Part shown: positions 24,618 through 37,690 of the stretch, piece after piece
How positions within the stretch are numbered: position 1 is the first letter of the stretch
How the letters are laid out: each line of letters opens with the position of its first letter
Assembly (NCBI GenBank): GCA_951406725.2
Contig: OX597814.1
Location: 18,042,001-18,106,000, forward strand
Length of the DNA: 64,000 nt
Origin: Octopus vulgaris
Taxonomy: Eukaryota
Direction of reading: 5' to 3'
The notes under the pieces: model-generated
Databases searched by the model: none
What the model saw: the letters and a program-made list of their open reading frames with translations, nothing else
What the model was told of the DNA's origin: nothing
Made by a program: the position numbers and the translations under genes

Positions 24618-25202
24618 AAATCGGGTATTCCAAGGAGAACATAGTGAGACAGAATTTCTGAGAAAATGGTAGGTAACTGATATTTCAAGATAGAATTTTT
24701 GACAAGAGAACAAGATAGCATAACGTGAACTATAAGTGAGTATTTCGTTGTCTTGATAATCTCACACTTGACGAGGCAAGTGAGGTTTTTACCCAGATCT
24801 CAGCTCGTGGCATTTTATAAATCTCGTATTCTGCTTGATGTTGTTAGTCTTGAAATTTCAGCGTCCCTCAGCATCCCTTTAAACAGCATCGAATGTAAAA
24901 CCGTTCCACAAATCCTTAAAACTATTTGTAGTTTAACGCTATGTTCCTTAAGAACGAACGAAAGAAAGAAAATACGGGTCTACCAGTAATTTCTTTCTCT
25001 CCCCTTCTCTATCTCTTTCTCACACACACACACACACACATACATGTATGTATATATATGTAAGTAAATATGTATATACACGTGGACACCTTTAAGAAAA
25101 GGTGCAATAAAAGCGAATATATTCAAATTTGGTAATGCAATATAACTTATAAATAGAAAATAGAGAAATAAGACTGGAAAATTAAATTCAAAAAATATTA
25201 TA

Positions 25203-25610
25203 CTCTTTCTTTTACTCTTTTACTTGTTTCAGTCATTTGACTGCGGCCATGCTGGAGCACCGCCTTTTAATCGAGCAAATCGACCCCGACACTTATTCTT
25301 TTGTAAGCCCAGTACTTATTCTATCGGTCTCTTTTGCCGAACCGCTAAGTTACGGGGACATAAACACACCAGCATCGGTTGTCAAGCAATGTTAGGGGGA
25401 CAAACACAGACACACAAACACACGCACGCATATATATATGTACATATATACGACGGGCTTCTTTCAGTTTCCGTCTAACAAATCCACTCACAAGGCTTTG
25501 GTCGGCCCGAGGCTATAGTAGAAGACACTTGCCCAAGGTGCCATGCAGTGGGACTGAACCCGGAACCATGTGGTTGGTAAACAAGCTACTTAACACACAG
25601 CCACTCCTGC
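25203..25610 (-). mobile_element. SINE family C, full length
   Basis: Reverse complement of the 27878-28265 type. Confidence 0.9.
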
Positions 25611-25617
25611 TATCTAT

Positions 25618-25968
25618 ATGTTTCTTATATCTTTATTGCCCACAAAACATAGAGGGGACAAATAAGGTCAGACAAAACGTAGAGGGGACAAACAAACGGA
25701 TTAAGTCGATTACATTGACCCCAGTGCGTAACTTGTACTTAATTTATCGACCCTGAAAGGATTAAAGGCAAAGGTAACCTCGGCGGAATTTGAACTCAGA
25801 ACGTAACGGCTGACGAAATGCCTATTTCTTTACTACCCACAAGGGGCTAAACACAGAGGAGACAAACAAGGACAGACAGACGGATTAAGTCGATTATATC
25901 GACCTCAGTGCGTAACTGGTACTTAATTTATCGACAGACACTGAAAGGATGAAAGGCAAAGTCGACAT
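25618..25968 (-). mobile_element. SINE family D dimer, 5'-truncated
   Basis: Two tandem family D bodies. Confidence 0.85.
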
Positions 25969-26129
25969 CGTCTCGATAACGTATGTTTCTTTTAGGTTAT
26001 GGAAAATAACGGCTGCGAGATTTGTCAACTACCTATCAATATGTATACGTTTATGAATATGGGTGTAAACATATATGTGTGTGCGTGTGTGTGTGCGTGT
26101 GTGTTTGTGTGTGTGAATGTACACATACA

Positions 26130-26523
26130 TCTTTATATATAAAAGTGAAGTTGCGTGTCTGTCTCCTACGATTTAGATTCCTAACTACTCCCACATTTTG
26201 CGGTGCAGTTTAACAAAAACCGGGTATCTTATAGTCGTGATTCATATTGAGCCCTTCTGGGTATTAGCGCGAGTCTACGATGAGTCTACGATTAAAAAAA
26301 AAAAATTACCATCAATTTTTTCCATTTTTAATGCATGTTTGGCATATATAAGGGAAGTAACTCTCTAAAAATTTATTATTAAATCTCAGAACGTAAAAAG
26401 CTACAGTAACAACCCTCCTTTGTGGTTAGCCATATTGAGATTGCTATTATACTTTACATCTCTAAAAATGCTTATATAGTTATTTCCCTTACAAACCCGA
26501 GCAACGCCGGGCGATACTGCTAG
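26130..26523 (+). mobile_element. Non-autonomous Helitron
   Basis: A|TC 5' end, subterminal hairpin cccgagcaacgccggg, CTAG|T 3' end, no TSD; second copy at 61747. Confidence 0.85.
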
Positions 26524-27525
26524 TTACATATGTAAATTGAGAGAGAAAAAAACATACACACACACACGTCCTCGCTAATACACACATATATAAAATATGT
26601 ATGCAAACACACATTCATACACGCCCTACATGCATACACATAGGCAAGTGAGCGGGAGTAGACTGATCTACTACTGAATATGTGAAACAGGCGAAAAAAT
26701 TATATTTGGCTACACTTCGAAGTCACTGTCTATTGAGAACATATGTAAAATCACAGACTTAATCACGCATATACGTATATGCTGCTTTGTATGTACACAC
26801 ACAGAGAAATAAACATGCATACACACGCACAGAGACACACACACACATACACACAACACACACAAAAATACACACACATATTTTTAAGCACGTGTGCGTG
26901 TGTAAGCATAGTTAACAACCATAGCCGCTGAACAAAACATCAAAACTGACAGATAGCTATTTATTGAGTGCAAAGCCAGTTCTTTTGCAACGCCATACAT
27001 CGAAGTTCAACTTGACGCTTCTTAAATTGGAATGGAATGTGGCCAATTCGGCCTTCTATTTTTCCACTGATTTCTTCCTCGGTTGCTTCTTTCATTTATT
27101 AATTCTTCTACCTTCCACTAACATTAAAGTTTACTTTTTCTCTTCGCTATTCGGTCATTTTCTCATTTATGCGTTTTGCTATCTAAATCCAGTTTTTCAC
27201 ATTGTTATTTTTGTTTATTTATTGATTCTTTCGTACTTGTGTGTGTGTAAGTGTATACACACACACACACACACATATTGATATAGAGAAAAATACATAC
27301 ATACACACATACCGATCTACACATATATGTACATATAATATATATGCATATACATTAGCGCACGCACGCATCTCTGCTCGAAATGGGGAGAACTGATGAA
27401 GGGTCGTTCTTTGTATTCTTTGTAGCACTCGTCCTGTTTCCCATTTTTTCTCTCGATGTTTGTGTATTTATCTCATTTGTATTCGTATTTCACGTTGTTT
27501 ACTGTTAGTGACGTCCTCTACCCAT

Positions 27526-27566
<41 letters not shown>

Positions 27567-27610
27567 CATATATACATATATACATATATACATATGTACA
27601 TATATATATT

Positions 27611-27659
<49 letters not shown>

Positions 27660-27877
27660 TACATATATACATATATACATAAGTACATATATATATTATA
27701 CATATATATATATATATATACATATATACATATATACATATATACATATGTACATATATATATTATACAAGTGTATATGTATATATATATATATATATAT
27801 ACATGTATATTATATATATATAATTTATATTATTTAATTGAACGCCGGTCATCCATTTCAAAGTATGTTTATATATT

Positions 27878-28265
27878 GGCGCAGGAGTGGCTGTGTTGTA
27901 AGTAGCTTGCTAACCAACCACATGGTTCCGGGTTCAGTCCCACTGCGTGGCATCTTGGGCAAGTGTCTTCTGCTATAGCCCCGGGCCGACCAATGCCTTG
28001 TGAGTGGATTTGGTAGAAGCCTGTCGTATATATGTATATATATATATATGTATGTGTTTGTGTGTCTGTGTTTGTCCTCCTAGCATTGCTTGACAACCGA
28101 TGCTGGTGTGTTTACGTCCTCGTCACATAGCCATTCGGCAAAAAGAGACCGATAGAATAAGTACTGGGCTTACAAAGAATAAGTCCCAGGGTCGATTTGC
28201 TCGACTAAAGGCGGTGCTCCAGCATGGCCGCAGTCAAATGGCTGAAACAAGTAAAAGAGAGTAAG
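27878..28265 (+). mobile_element. SINE family C, full length
   Basis: ggcgcaggagtggctgtg...ctgaaacaagtaaaagag. Confidence 0.9.
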
Positions 28266-28559
28266 AGATGAAAAGGGAGATTCTTGAAATGTTACGCGCC
28301 CAAATGTTTGGTGTAAACAATGAAATGCTACCATATCGACGACAACCGAATCCATATATCTGGCTCTGTGAGAATACTTACAGCCGGTTCTGTCGCAGCA
28401 GGTCTATCATTTCATCAGTTCAAAATTTATAGATCCTGTATTAATTAGATGATAGGAAGGGAAATTTTGCTGCTGTGTCTTGTTTGATAGAGACTTGTAA
28501 GCAAACCATTGTAAGTATAGATGACTTGGCTAAGTCGCAGGGACAGTCGGTTCCCTTCG

Positions 28560-28950
28560 TTTCACACTGCTCAGTCTATTCAGCTCGCAAAAATGAGTTG
28601 TAAGTGTAATTACAAAGGGCCAGCCTTGTCACATTGTGTCATACTAAATCTCCCTGAAAAACTACGTGCCTGTGGAGTACTCAGCCACTTGCACATTAAT
28701 TTCATCACCAGGTAGTCCCGTTGATCCTGATCAACTTGACCACGCAACATCGCAACCGATGAAGAGCCAGCTTTTAGGCTTGTGTAGTGCGTGTATATGT
28801 GTATGTATGAAGCTTGCTTCTCAATCACATGGTTCCGGGTTCAGTCCCACTGCATGGCACCTTGGGCAAGTATCTTCTACTATAGCATTGGGGCGACCAA
28901 AGACTGTGAGTGGATTTGGTTGACGGAAACTGGAAGAAGCACATCGTATA
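28560..28950 (+). mobile_element. Old family A-like 3' domain followed by a family C 5' half
   Basis: aaagggccagccttgtcac..tgtggagtactcagccacttgcac; then cacatggttccgggttcagtcccactg. Confidence 0.7.
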
Positions 28951-29072
28951 TATTTTATATTTTATATTTTATATTTTATATTTTATATTTTATATTATAT
29001 ATTATATTTTGTAAAATTTATTTTAGTATTACTAAATTGAATTTTTCCCTGTAAGCTTGGAATAATATTCCC

Positions 29073-29195
<123 letters not shown>

Positions 29196-29417
29196 AAAAT
29201 GATGTGCTCGCCTAATAACATTCTTCATGTGTTTAGTTTATCGTATCAGTTCACCTACACGTTCTGTTCTCCTGTTCTGTTCATACCAACAGCTTCAAGG
29301 TCATCATAATGTCTTTGTAGACTAGATGAAACCATTTTCTTTTTCGAGTCGATGTTAATACCAGAAATCATATAGGATTTTCATGACAGACGCAGCGAAC
29401 TTTTCATAGATCCATAC

Positions 29418-29437
29418 CTCGTTCAACAGCCTGTCGA
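29418..29437 (-). CDS. Candidate 20-nt micro-exon (xDRLLNE)
   Basis: tttcatttcttgttctgtttttacag|TCGACAGGCTGTTGAACGAG|gtatgg in unique sequence. Confidence 0.3.
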
Positions 29438-29880
29438 CTGTAAAAACAGAACAAGAAATGAAATTATAAACAGATTTTCAGATTCTTGGTGCCAGTTGAA
29501 GCCATGTCGGTATTTAAAGATTTCTAGCTTGTGGCTGTTTATTCACTGCAGCAGCTCATGAGTTTCAAAGACCATTTTCAAAAGTTTTCATTCTTTTTTT
29601 CTATGTGAATGTGTGTCTATCGTCTACAGGTTTATTGTGTATGTACGCGTATGTGTGAGAGTGTGTTGATAGAGGAATGGCGTCGAGATTGTTTATTGGT
29701 TGTGTGCGTACGTGTATAGGTATGTGCTTGTGTAGATGAGTGTAGGTATGTAGTGGGTGAATGACGAATATGGATGAGCGTATAAATAGAGTTAATAGCG
29801 GCAAAGACGGAGAGAGAGAGAGAGAGAGAGAGAGAATTGGAGAATCAGACGAGAAATATACATGTATTCATGTATATTTA

Positions 29881-29981
<101 letters not shown>

Positions 29982-29991
29982 CATACATACA

Positions 29992-30027
<36 letters not shown>

Positions 30028-30028
30028 T

Positions 30029-30078
<50 letters not shown>

Positions 30079-31048
30079 ATATGTAGAAATGCATATACAT
30101 ATGTATGTATACACGAACACACACACATAGTGACAGATATATGGCAGGAAGAAAGTGGAGGCAGGTAGACAGGTTTAGCAATGACAACAATATAGATATA
30201 TACAGAGGGAAACAGAAAGAGAGAGAGAGAGAGAGAGAGAACCAGTGTGGGAGACAGAAACATAGAATGATAGACGAAATAAAAACTATAAAAAACAAAA
30301 CGTAAATGAGAGAAATATAATTTTATTTCTCTGGGTTTTAGTTCAACCTTTTAAAATTCCCTTTCCTTTTCCCCTTTTATTATTTCTGCCTATCTTGTTT
30401 TATTCTGGTGGGAGATGCAACTGTAGATGTCTTAGCATTTGTTATTATCTGTTGCTACATGAAAAGTATAGACAAACAGGAACAACGTAATTAAAACTGT
30501 GTAATCAACTGAATTTAGTAATGACATCTGGTCTTTCTTGTGGTCCACACACTAAAACACTAAAAAAAACAAACAAATAAAAAAATAAAATAAAAATGTT
30601 GCTGTTAAATGATATAATGACCGGAAGATCAGACAGAGATGAGTTTAGAAATGCCGAAGTCATCGGTGCCATGTTGACGACTAAGTTGTGTCAGAAGAAA
30701 CCGTAAACTGTATTTGGAGCCTATTCTTCTACAAACAAGGATGCTTGTTTGTCTCTGTATTTAGATATAGTTACACACACACACACACACACACACGCAC
30801 GCACGCACGCACATACACATAAATATACATAGGCAAATACGTACGTAAGTGTGTGTGTGGAGGTGTGTGGGTGTGCATGCAGTTTTGTGTACGTGCGCCG
30901 CTGTGAGCATGTGTATGTGTGTATGCATGTACATTTATATGGTCCACATGTATAGGATTGTTTCTCTCACGTTCTCTACCACTCTTTCCTTTTCTCTCCT
31001 CCTACTCCTTATCTCTTTTTCTCTTTTTATATATATCTATATACATTT

Positions 31049-31093
<45 letters not shown>

Positions 31094-31857
31094 GTAGGTA
31101 TGTATGTATGTATGTATATAGGTAGGTAGGCATGTATGAGTGTATGTACGTAGTTACACACATATGCACACATACGCACATTAATGTGTGTGTGTGTGTG
31201 TGTGGATTTATGTATATGCGTATGTTGCTAGAAACACCACCAAACAGGAAGTAAAGACTGCTTCCTTAGTACACGGAGATTGGATGACAGATTGATGTTT
31301 TGTTCTCTCACTCATTCGCCCTTTCTCTTTCCCAACCCCTCTCTCTCTCTCTCTCTCTCTCTCCCTCTTCATCTCACTTTTTATATGTGTATGTGGGTAT
31401 CCCATTTTCCGATTTTTCCATTTTCTTCCAACATCCTTCGAAGATCTTTTCTTTGCGATATTATTACGCTATATATCCGCCCCTTCACCCACCTTATTCC
31501 TCCCCCCTCTCTCTCTCTCTATATATATATATTCTAGCTTCATTTATCTTTTTTCCTGTTCTTTCCCCTATGTCTTCTATTTAATTTCTATTTAAAAATT
31601 TATGTGCACACACAAAACAAGTACGCAACAATACACATACATAGATATATATACACATACATAAACACACAGATGTACAGTCACACACACGCACATATAT
31701 CTATGCATAAAATATTGCGTGTGGACCAATATAGCCATATACAAATATTTACATATTTGTGTGTATCTAGAGCGACATCTGCGTATCTATCTTTGGATTC
31801 GTGTATATATGTCTGTATGTACATGTGAACATGTTTGATATTATATCTATGTGTGTG

Positions 31858-31901
<44 letters not shown>

Positions 31902-32089
31902 AGTGTATGGTTTTCTTTGTAGGTACACTATATATATATATGTATGTATGTATTTATACATGTATATATATATACATGTGTGTATGTGTGTGTAAACGTT
32001 TACGTGTGTGTGTGTGTGGTGGGGTTGAAGTTTAATATATGTATAGAAATCGGCAGTCGGCTCCATTCGGATTTGCATCCGCAGCTTCC

Positions 32090-32340
32090 ATGCTTGCGGC
32101 GGCGCTCGCCTACTCGACCGGACATCGAATAGTCACCTTGCCAACAATTGGATAATCTAAAATTATAGATCCAGTAAGTCTGGCACAACACCTCACACAC
32201 ATCCTCTCTATCTTGTTGACACGATCCATAGAGAAGCCAGAGCAGGATATCCAGTGCCAATATGGGTCGCAGGCTCAAGAATATGGAATCGTCATGATCT
32301 CAAATCAAGCAGAAGATCTCCAAAATGTTCATTGCCATTC
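32090..32340 (-). mobile_element. Highly decayed RTE LINE 3' end
   Basis: GC-rich patch whose minus strand ends ..tggcaaggtgac..cgagtaggcgagcgccgcc, resembling RTE termini (..WRRRVGEA). Confidence 0.4.
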
Positions 32341-32344
32341 CCTA

Positions 32345-33232
32345 TACGAGGTCTGAGAAATAGTATCCAGACAGTTGCCATAGTAACGAAGCTAAAGCAC
32401 GCAGAGTGAAGCCGCTTGGGAACTATTGACCTGGAACTCTGCTGTGCATGCGCACTAAGTTTTGACCTTCTTGCTCACTTCCGCTGTTTACAGCAGTGTT
32501 TCGAAGTAAGGTGTGTAGCGTGTGATCGTCGCATTGACTATAACAGAGAAAGTTGTCATGGCGATACCTGCTCAGAGGCCTACACAAAGTTGCAGAAAGT
32601 GTATGGAGAGGAGTGTATGAGCCGCACACAAGTGTACGAGTGTTTCAGATGTTTCCAAGATGACCAAAAATATCCTCGATATTGAGGAACGTTCTGTGAG
32701 AACTGCAATCAGCAGAACTGAGAAAAAATTGCAGATGTGCGTGCAGCTGTGTGGAGAAATTGTCGAATCATCATCCGTGAGTTATCAGAGGTTGTTCAAT
32801 TCAGTTACGGTTCAGTTCAATCGATTTTCATTGATGATTTGGGTATGAGACGCGTGTCTGCCAAGTGTGTGCCAAAACTGCCTTCAGCTGACCAAAAAGA
32901 CACTCGGGTTTCATCTGCACAAGATATCCTTGAGAACGATGAAAACTGTTTGAAAACTTTGTATTGGCCTCGGAGCAGGTATCGCCAAGCCTTTGGCTAA
33001 ATTTGATGCAGAAATCTCTGCTTAACGTCCTTTGTCATGTTCAATGCGATGATCACATGCTACAGAGCTTCCTTCCAAGCACTGCTGTAAACAGTAGATA
33101 TAAGCTACAATGTTAAATCTTAGTGTGCGTGCACAGCAGATTTCAAGATCAATCTGTGCCAAACAGTGTTACTCAGCGTGCTTTAGCTACGTTACTATGG
33201 CTACAGTCCGGATGCTGGTTGATCAAACCATA
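32345..33232 (+). mobile_element. Internally deleted mariner DNA transposon with about 200-bp TIRs
   Basis: TIRs about 32345-32550 and 33030-33232, TA flanks; frameshifted N-terminal transposase GDTCSEAYTKLQKVYGEECMSRTQVYECF..RIIIRELSE..SYGSVQSI..DLGMRRVSAKCVPKL (HTH plus WVPxL motif); DDD domain missing. Confidence 0.9.
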
Positions 33233-33829
33233 TATATCTGTTTTTATATTAGGGTGACCTTATCCTACAGACATGCTTTAACAAAATCTAAGGTGTGCCT
33301 TATTCCCAGTGATTTTCCATTACGCTGGACACCAACACGAAATTTCTGAGCGCCTATTTTATTAAACCTACTCAAGATTCATTCGTTCTTTTGACAGCCC
33401 CTGATTTTAGTCTCGACGGGCTTCCAGCAACCTTTCTCACCAATGAAGTTTAGTGGAGATGCTGGTTTAATCACATACGATCATACATACATACATATAT
33501 ACATACATGCATACATACATTCATACATACATACATACATACAGGCATACATACATCTGAACAATGACATACATACATTCATACATACACACATGTATGA
33601 ATGCTTACATTTAAGTATATATGAGCATGTATAGGCCTGCAAATATATGCATGAGAAGCCATAAATAAAACAAAACATACAAATCTGAAAGTATACGTAC
33701 ATTCACACATAAATACATACATACAAATATATCCTATTGATGTTGAAATTCCAATGAAGGAGCCTTGTATGTTGGTTAGAAAACGGCTCTTTCTCAGTTG
33801 GCAAAAAAATCTTGAAATAAAACTGAATA

Positions 33830-34318
33830 ATGACATACATACATACAAACATACATACATGCATACATACACAGATACACATTTACATACATACATGCAT
33901 ACATACATGCATACATACACACACCCTCACATACATACATACGTACGTACATACATACATACATACATACAAACATACATACAAACATACATACACACAA
34001 ACATACATACATGCATACATACACAGATACACATTTACATACATACATGCATACATACACACACCCTCACATACATACATACGTACATACATACATACAT
34101 ACATACATACATACATACAAACATACATACACACAAACATACATACATGCATACATACACAGATACACATTTACATACATACATGCATACATACATGCAT
34201 ACATACACACACCCTCACATACATACATACGTACGTACATACATACATACATACATACATACATACATACATACATACATACATACATACATACATACAT
34301 ACATACATACATACATAC
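33830..34318. repeat. (ACAT)n with a higher-order 135-150-bp unit, 3 copies
   Basis: acagatacacatttacat...acaccctcacatacatacatacgtac recurs three times. Confidence 0.85.
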
Positions 34319-34567
34319 GCCCCAACAATTCCGTCTGGAGATGAGCGCGGTAACATGGTAAAATGTTGGAGTCATCTCAAAATGTGTCAGAATATAAAGA
34401 AAAATTCCTCATAAGGATTTCTTTTGAAATATTTACAAGTGATGTCAGATATAATTTGGTGTAGCCATTTTACCTGTTTTCCATAACTGTATCTGTATAT
34501 TTATGCAATACTACTGAGCTAGCTAGATTTCATGTAATACTGCAGGAACATTATTCGAAATATTATT

Positions 34568-35415
34568 AAGGCGGCGAGCTGGCAGAATCGTTAGCACGTC
34601 GGGCCAAATGTATTTCGTCTGCCGTTACGTTCTGAGTTCAAATTCCGCCGAGGTCGACTTTGCCTTTCATCCTTCCGGGGGTCGATAAATTAAGTACCAG
34701 TTACACACCGGGGTCGATGCAGTCGACTTAATCCCTTTGTCTGTGCTTATTTGTCCCCTCTATGTTTAGCCCCTTGTGAGCAATAAAGAAATAAGAAACG
34801 TTAGCACGCCGGGCGAAATGCTTAGCTGTATTTCGCCTGCCGTTACGTTCTGAGTTCAAATTCCGCCGAGGTCGACTTTGCCTTTAATCCTTTCGGAGTC
34901 GATAAATTAAGTACCAGTTACGCACTGGGGTCGTTGTAATCGACTTAATCCGTGTGTCTGTCCTTGTTTGTCCCCTTTGTGTTTAGCCCCTTGTGGGTAG
35001 TAAAGAAATAGGTATTTCGTCTGCCGTTGCGTTCTGAGTTCAAATTCCGCCGAGGTTGACTTTGCCTTTCATCCTTTCGGGGGTCGATAAATTAAATACC
35101 AATTACGCACTGGGGTCGATGTAATCGACTTAATCCCTTTGTCTGTGCTTATTTGTCCCCTCTATGTTTAGCCCCTTGTGAGCAATAAAGAAATAAGAAA
35201 CGTTAGCACGCCGGGCGAAATGCTTAGCTGTATTTCGTCTGCCGTTACGTTCTGAGTTCAAATTCCGCCGAGGTCGACTTTGCCTTTCATCCTTTCGGAG
35301 TAGATAAATTAAGTACCAGTTACGCACTGGGGTCGATGTAATCGACTTAATCCGTTTGTCTGTCCTTGTTTGTCCCCTCTATGTTTAGCCCCTTGTGGGC
35401 AATAAAGAAATAAGA
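34568..35415 (+). mobile_element. SINE family D head-to-tail tetramer
   Basis: Four bodies; outer TSD gaaatattatt (34557-34567/35416-35426). Confidence 0.9.
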
Positions 35416-35893
35416 AATATTATTCGAAGAAAGATACTTTTGCAAGTACATATTCATATGAAAGGAACAGTCTAATTCATAAATTCATTTAACTGAACAT
35501 CAACGTTTATTTTGATTTATAAGCCTATGCTAGTTTATATATCATAGATATGATAATAAGTGAAAGTTAATAATACTCTCAAATTAAAAATTGAATAAAT
35601 TTTTGTTGGTTATGTTCCTTATCTCCTTTCATTTTGTAGTCAATATTTACTAACAAGGGAAATCTATTGAGCCCATTTAATACGCCAAGACGGATTTGAT
35701 TTTAGAAAAATGCAGTTATTACTTGAATATTTTGTTCCCATATTTGCATTCAAAGGTAAATGTTAATTTTCAAATATATTTCAAAGCAAATATTTCAAAA
35801 CTGCAAAAAAAATTCTATAGATTTTTGTATGCAACTTCGACTTAATCGACATCAAGTATTGCTCAAGTATACAAATTTGTATGATATACTTAC

Positions 35894-35904
35894 CTGAAAG
35901 TAAA
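35894..35904 (-). CDS. Candidate 11-nt micro-exon or recursive splice site
   Basis: tctattttcttcag|TTTACTTTCAG|gtaagta. Confidence 0.3.
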
Positions 35905-36571
35905 CTGAAGAAAATAGATATTATACATGTAATTAGTCGAAACATTTCACAATATTTTCGGGTTCACTTGTAATTACATAAAAAATCAGAAACAATTTCA
36001 ATTCTAGAATTCGAATAACTCAAAGCCGTTTGTTAAAATTTACAAATTTCCATACGTTTTAAATTCTTGGATTATATCAAGAGATTGCTTCATTCAAGAT
36101 GTTAACAACAAAATTCGTGTACTTCGAAATAAATCTTAGCAACTGAATCTTAGCCAAAATTATCATATGTTTTATCTACAACGGAGTTTCAGAGGGTTTT
36201 GCTTGCAGCTTTTACCAAACAACATGTTATTCTTTATTGTGAATACATTACTAAATCTTTACAGCATTTACTAAGCTGTGATGTCACAAATGTTCTATGA
36301 AAATTACTCAGTTTCATTGAAACAGCAGGATCTTCCCTCAACAATCATATATTCATAACTCAGAACATTTGAACAAGTTCAACAAATATACCACAATGCC
36401 ATATGCTTTGCTCAGAAAAATGGAAGCCACTATGGTGCTGCATTCCACAAACGGTAACTCGAATAATTGAGATAGATTTTGTCCTTAGATATAAAGATGT
36501 TATATGAATAAAATCAAAAGGAAAATTTATGACTGGTGCAACGATTTGAAATTACTGTAATTTCGATATAT

Positions 36572-36990
36572 GCGGTGGTGAGCTGGAAGAAACGTTAGCA
36601 CGCCAGGCGAGATGCGTAACGGTATTTCGTCTGTCTGAACGTTCTGAGTTCAAATTACGCCGAGGCCGACTTTGTCTTTCATCCCTTCGCGGTCGATAAA
36701 TTAAGTACCAGTTACGCACTGGGGTCGATATAATCGACTTAATCCGTTAGTCAGTCCTTGTTTGTCTCCTCTGTGTTTAACCCCTTGTGGGTAGTAAAGA
36801 AATAGGTATTTCGTCTGCCGTTACGTTCTGAGTTCAAATTCCACCGAGGTCAACTTTGCCTTTCATCCCTTCGGGGTCGATAAATTAAGTACCAGTTACG
36901 CACTGGGGTCGATGTAATCGACTTAGTCCCTTTGTCTGTCCTTGTTTGTCCCCTCTAAGTTTAGCCCTTTGCGGGCAATAAAGAAATAAG
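36572..36990 (+). mobile_element. SINE family D dimer
   Basis: Junction gtagtaaagaaata|ggtatttcgtctgccg. Confidence 0.9.
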
Positions 36991-37297
36991 GAATTTCGAT
37001 AAACATGTTATTTATCGCATTTACATAATTCACCCGATTGGAAGATCGGTTCTCACAATTACAATCCTTCGCCTCCATGTACATGTGTATTTATATTGGC
37101 GTGTACATTAAATATGTAGTTGTGCATGTTTAGTATGCATCAATAATAATGATACATCAATAATATGCATCAATAATAATGATACAAATGCAAATTTGAA
37201 AAACAAAACACGAGTAAATTGCATTCTATTAAGTTGAATGAAGTCACAGGAAATATAATTAAAGATACACAAAATATAAGAAAAACGCGGACGGGAT

Positions 37298-37690
37298 GGT
37301 TGGATGGAAGCACTCCGTCGGTTACGACGATGAGGGTTCCGGTTGATCCGAATCAACGGAACAGCCTGCTCGTGAAATTAACGTGTAAGTGGCTGAGCAC
37401 TCCACAGACACGTGCACCCTTAACGTAGTTCTCGGGGATATTTAGCGTGACACAGAGAGTGACAAGGCCGGCCCCTTGAAATACAGGTACAACAGAAACA
37501 GGAAGTAAGAGTGAGAGAAAGTTGTGGTGAAAGAGTACAGTAGGGATCACCACCATCCCCTGCCGGAGCCTCGTGGAGCTTTTAGGTGTTTTCGCCCAAT
37601 AAACACTCGCAACGCCCGGTCTGGGAATCGAAACCGCGATCTTATGACCGCGAGTCCGCTGCCTTAACCACTGGGCCATTGCGCCTCCAC
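37298..37690 (-). mobile_element. SINE family A, full length
   Basis: TSD ggacgggat. Confidence 0.92.

Noticed and set aside
24750-24910. 78-aa ORF region (RFLPRSQLVAFYKSRI) and similar 37745-38062 ORFs
   Set aside because: Look like heavily decayed L2/CR1 RT remnants, not host genes; too weak to delimit
30480-30600. Strong minus-strand acceptor followed by VLVCGPQERPDVITKFS*
   Set aside because: No donor or supporting evidence; poly-T tracts make chance acceptors common
34568-35415. Regularly spaced repeats resembling a CRISPR array
   Set aside because: Units of about 200 bp with no unique spacers, no cas genes, eukaryotic SINE multimer
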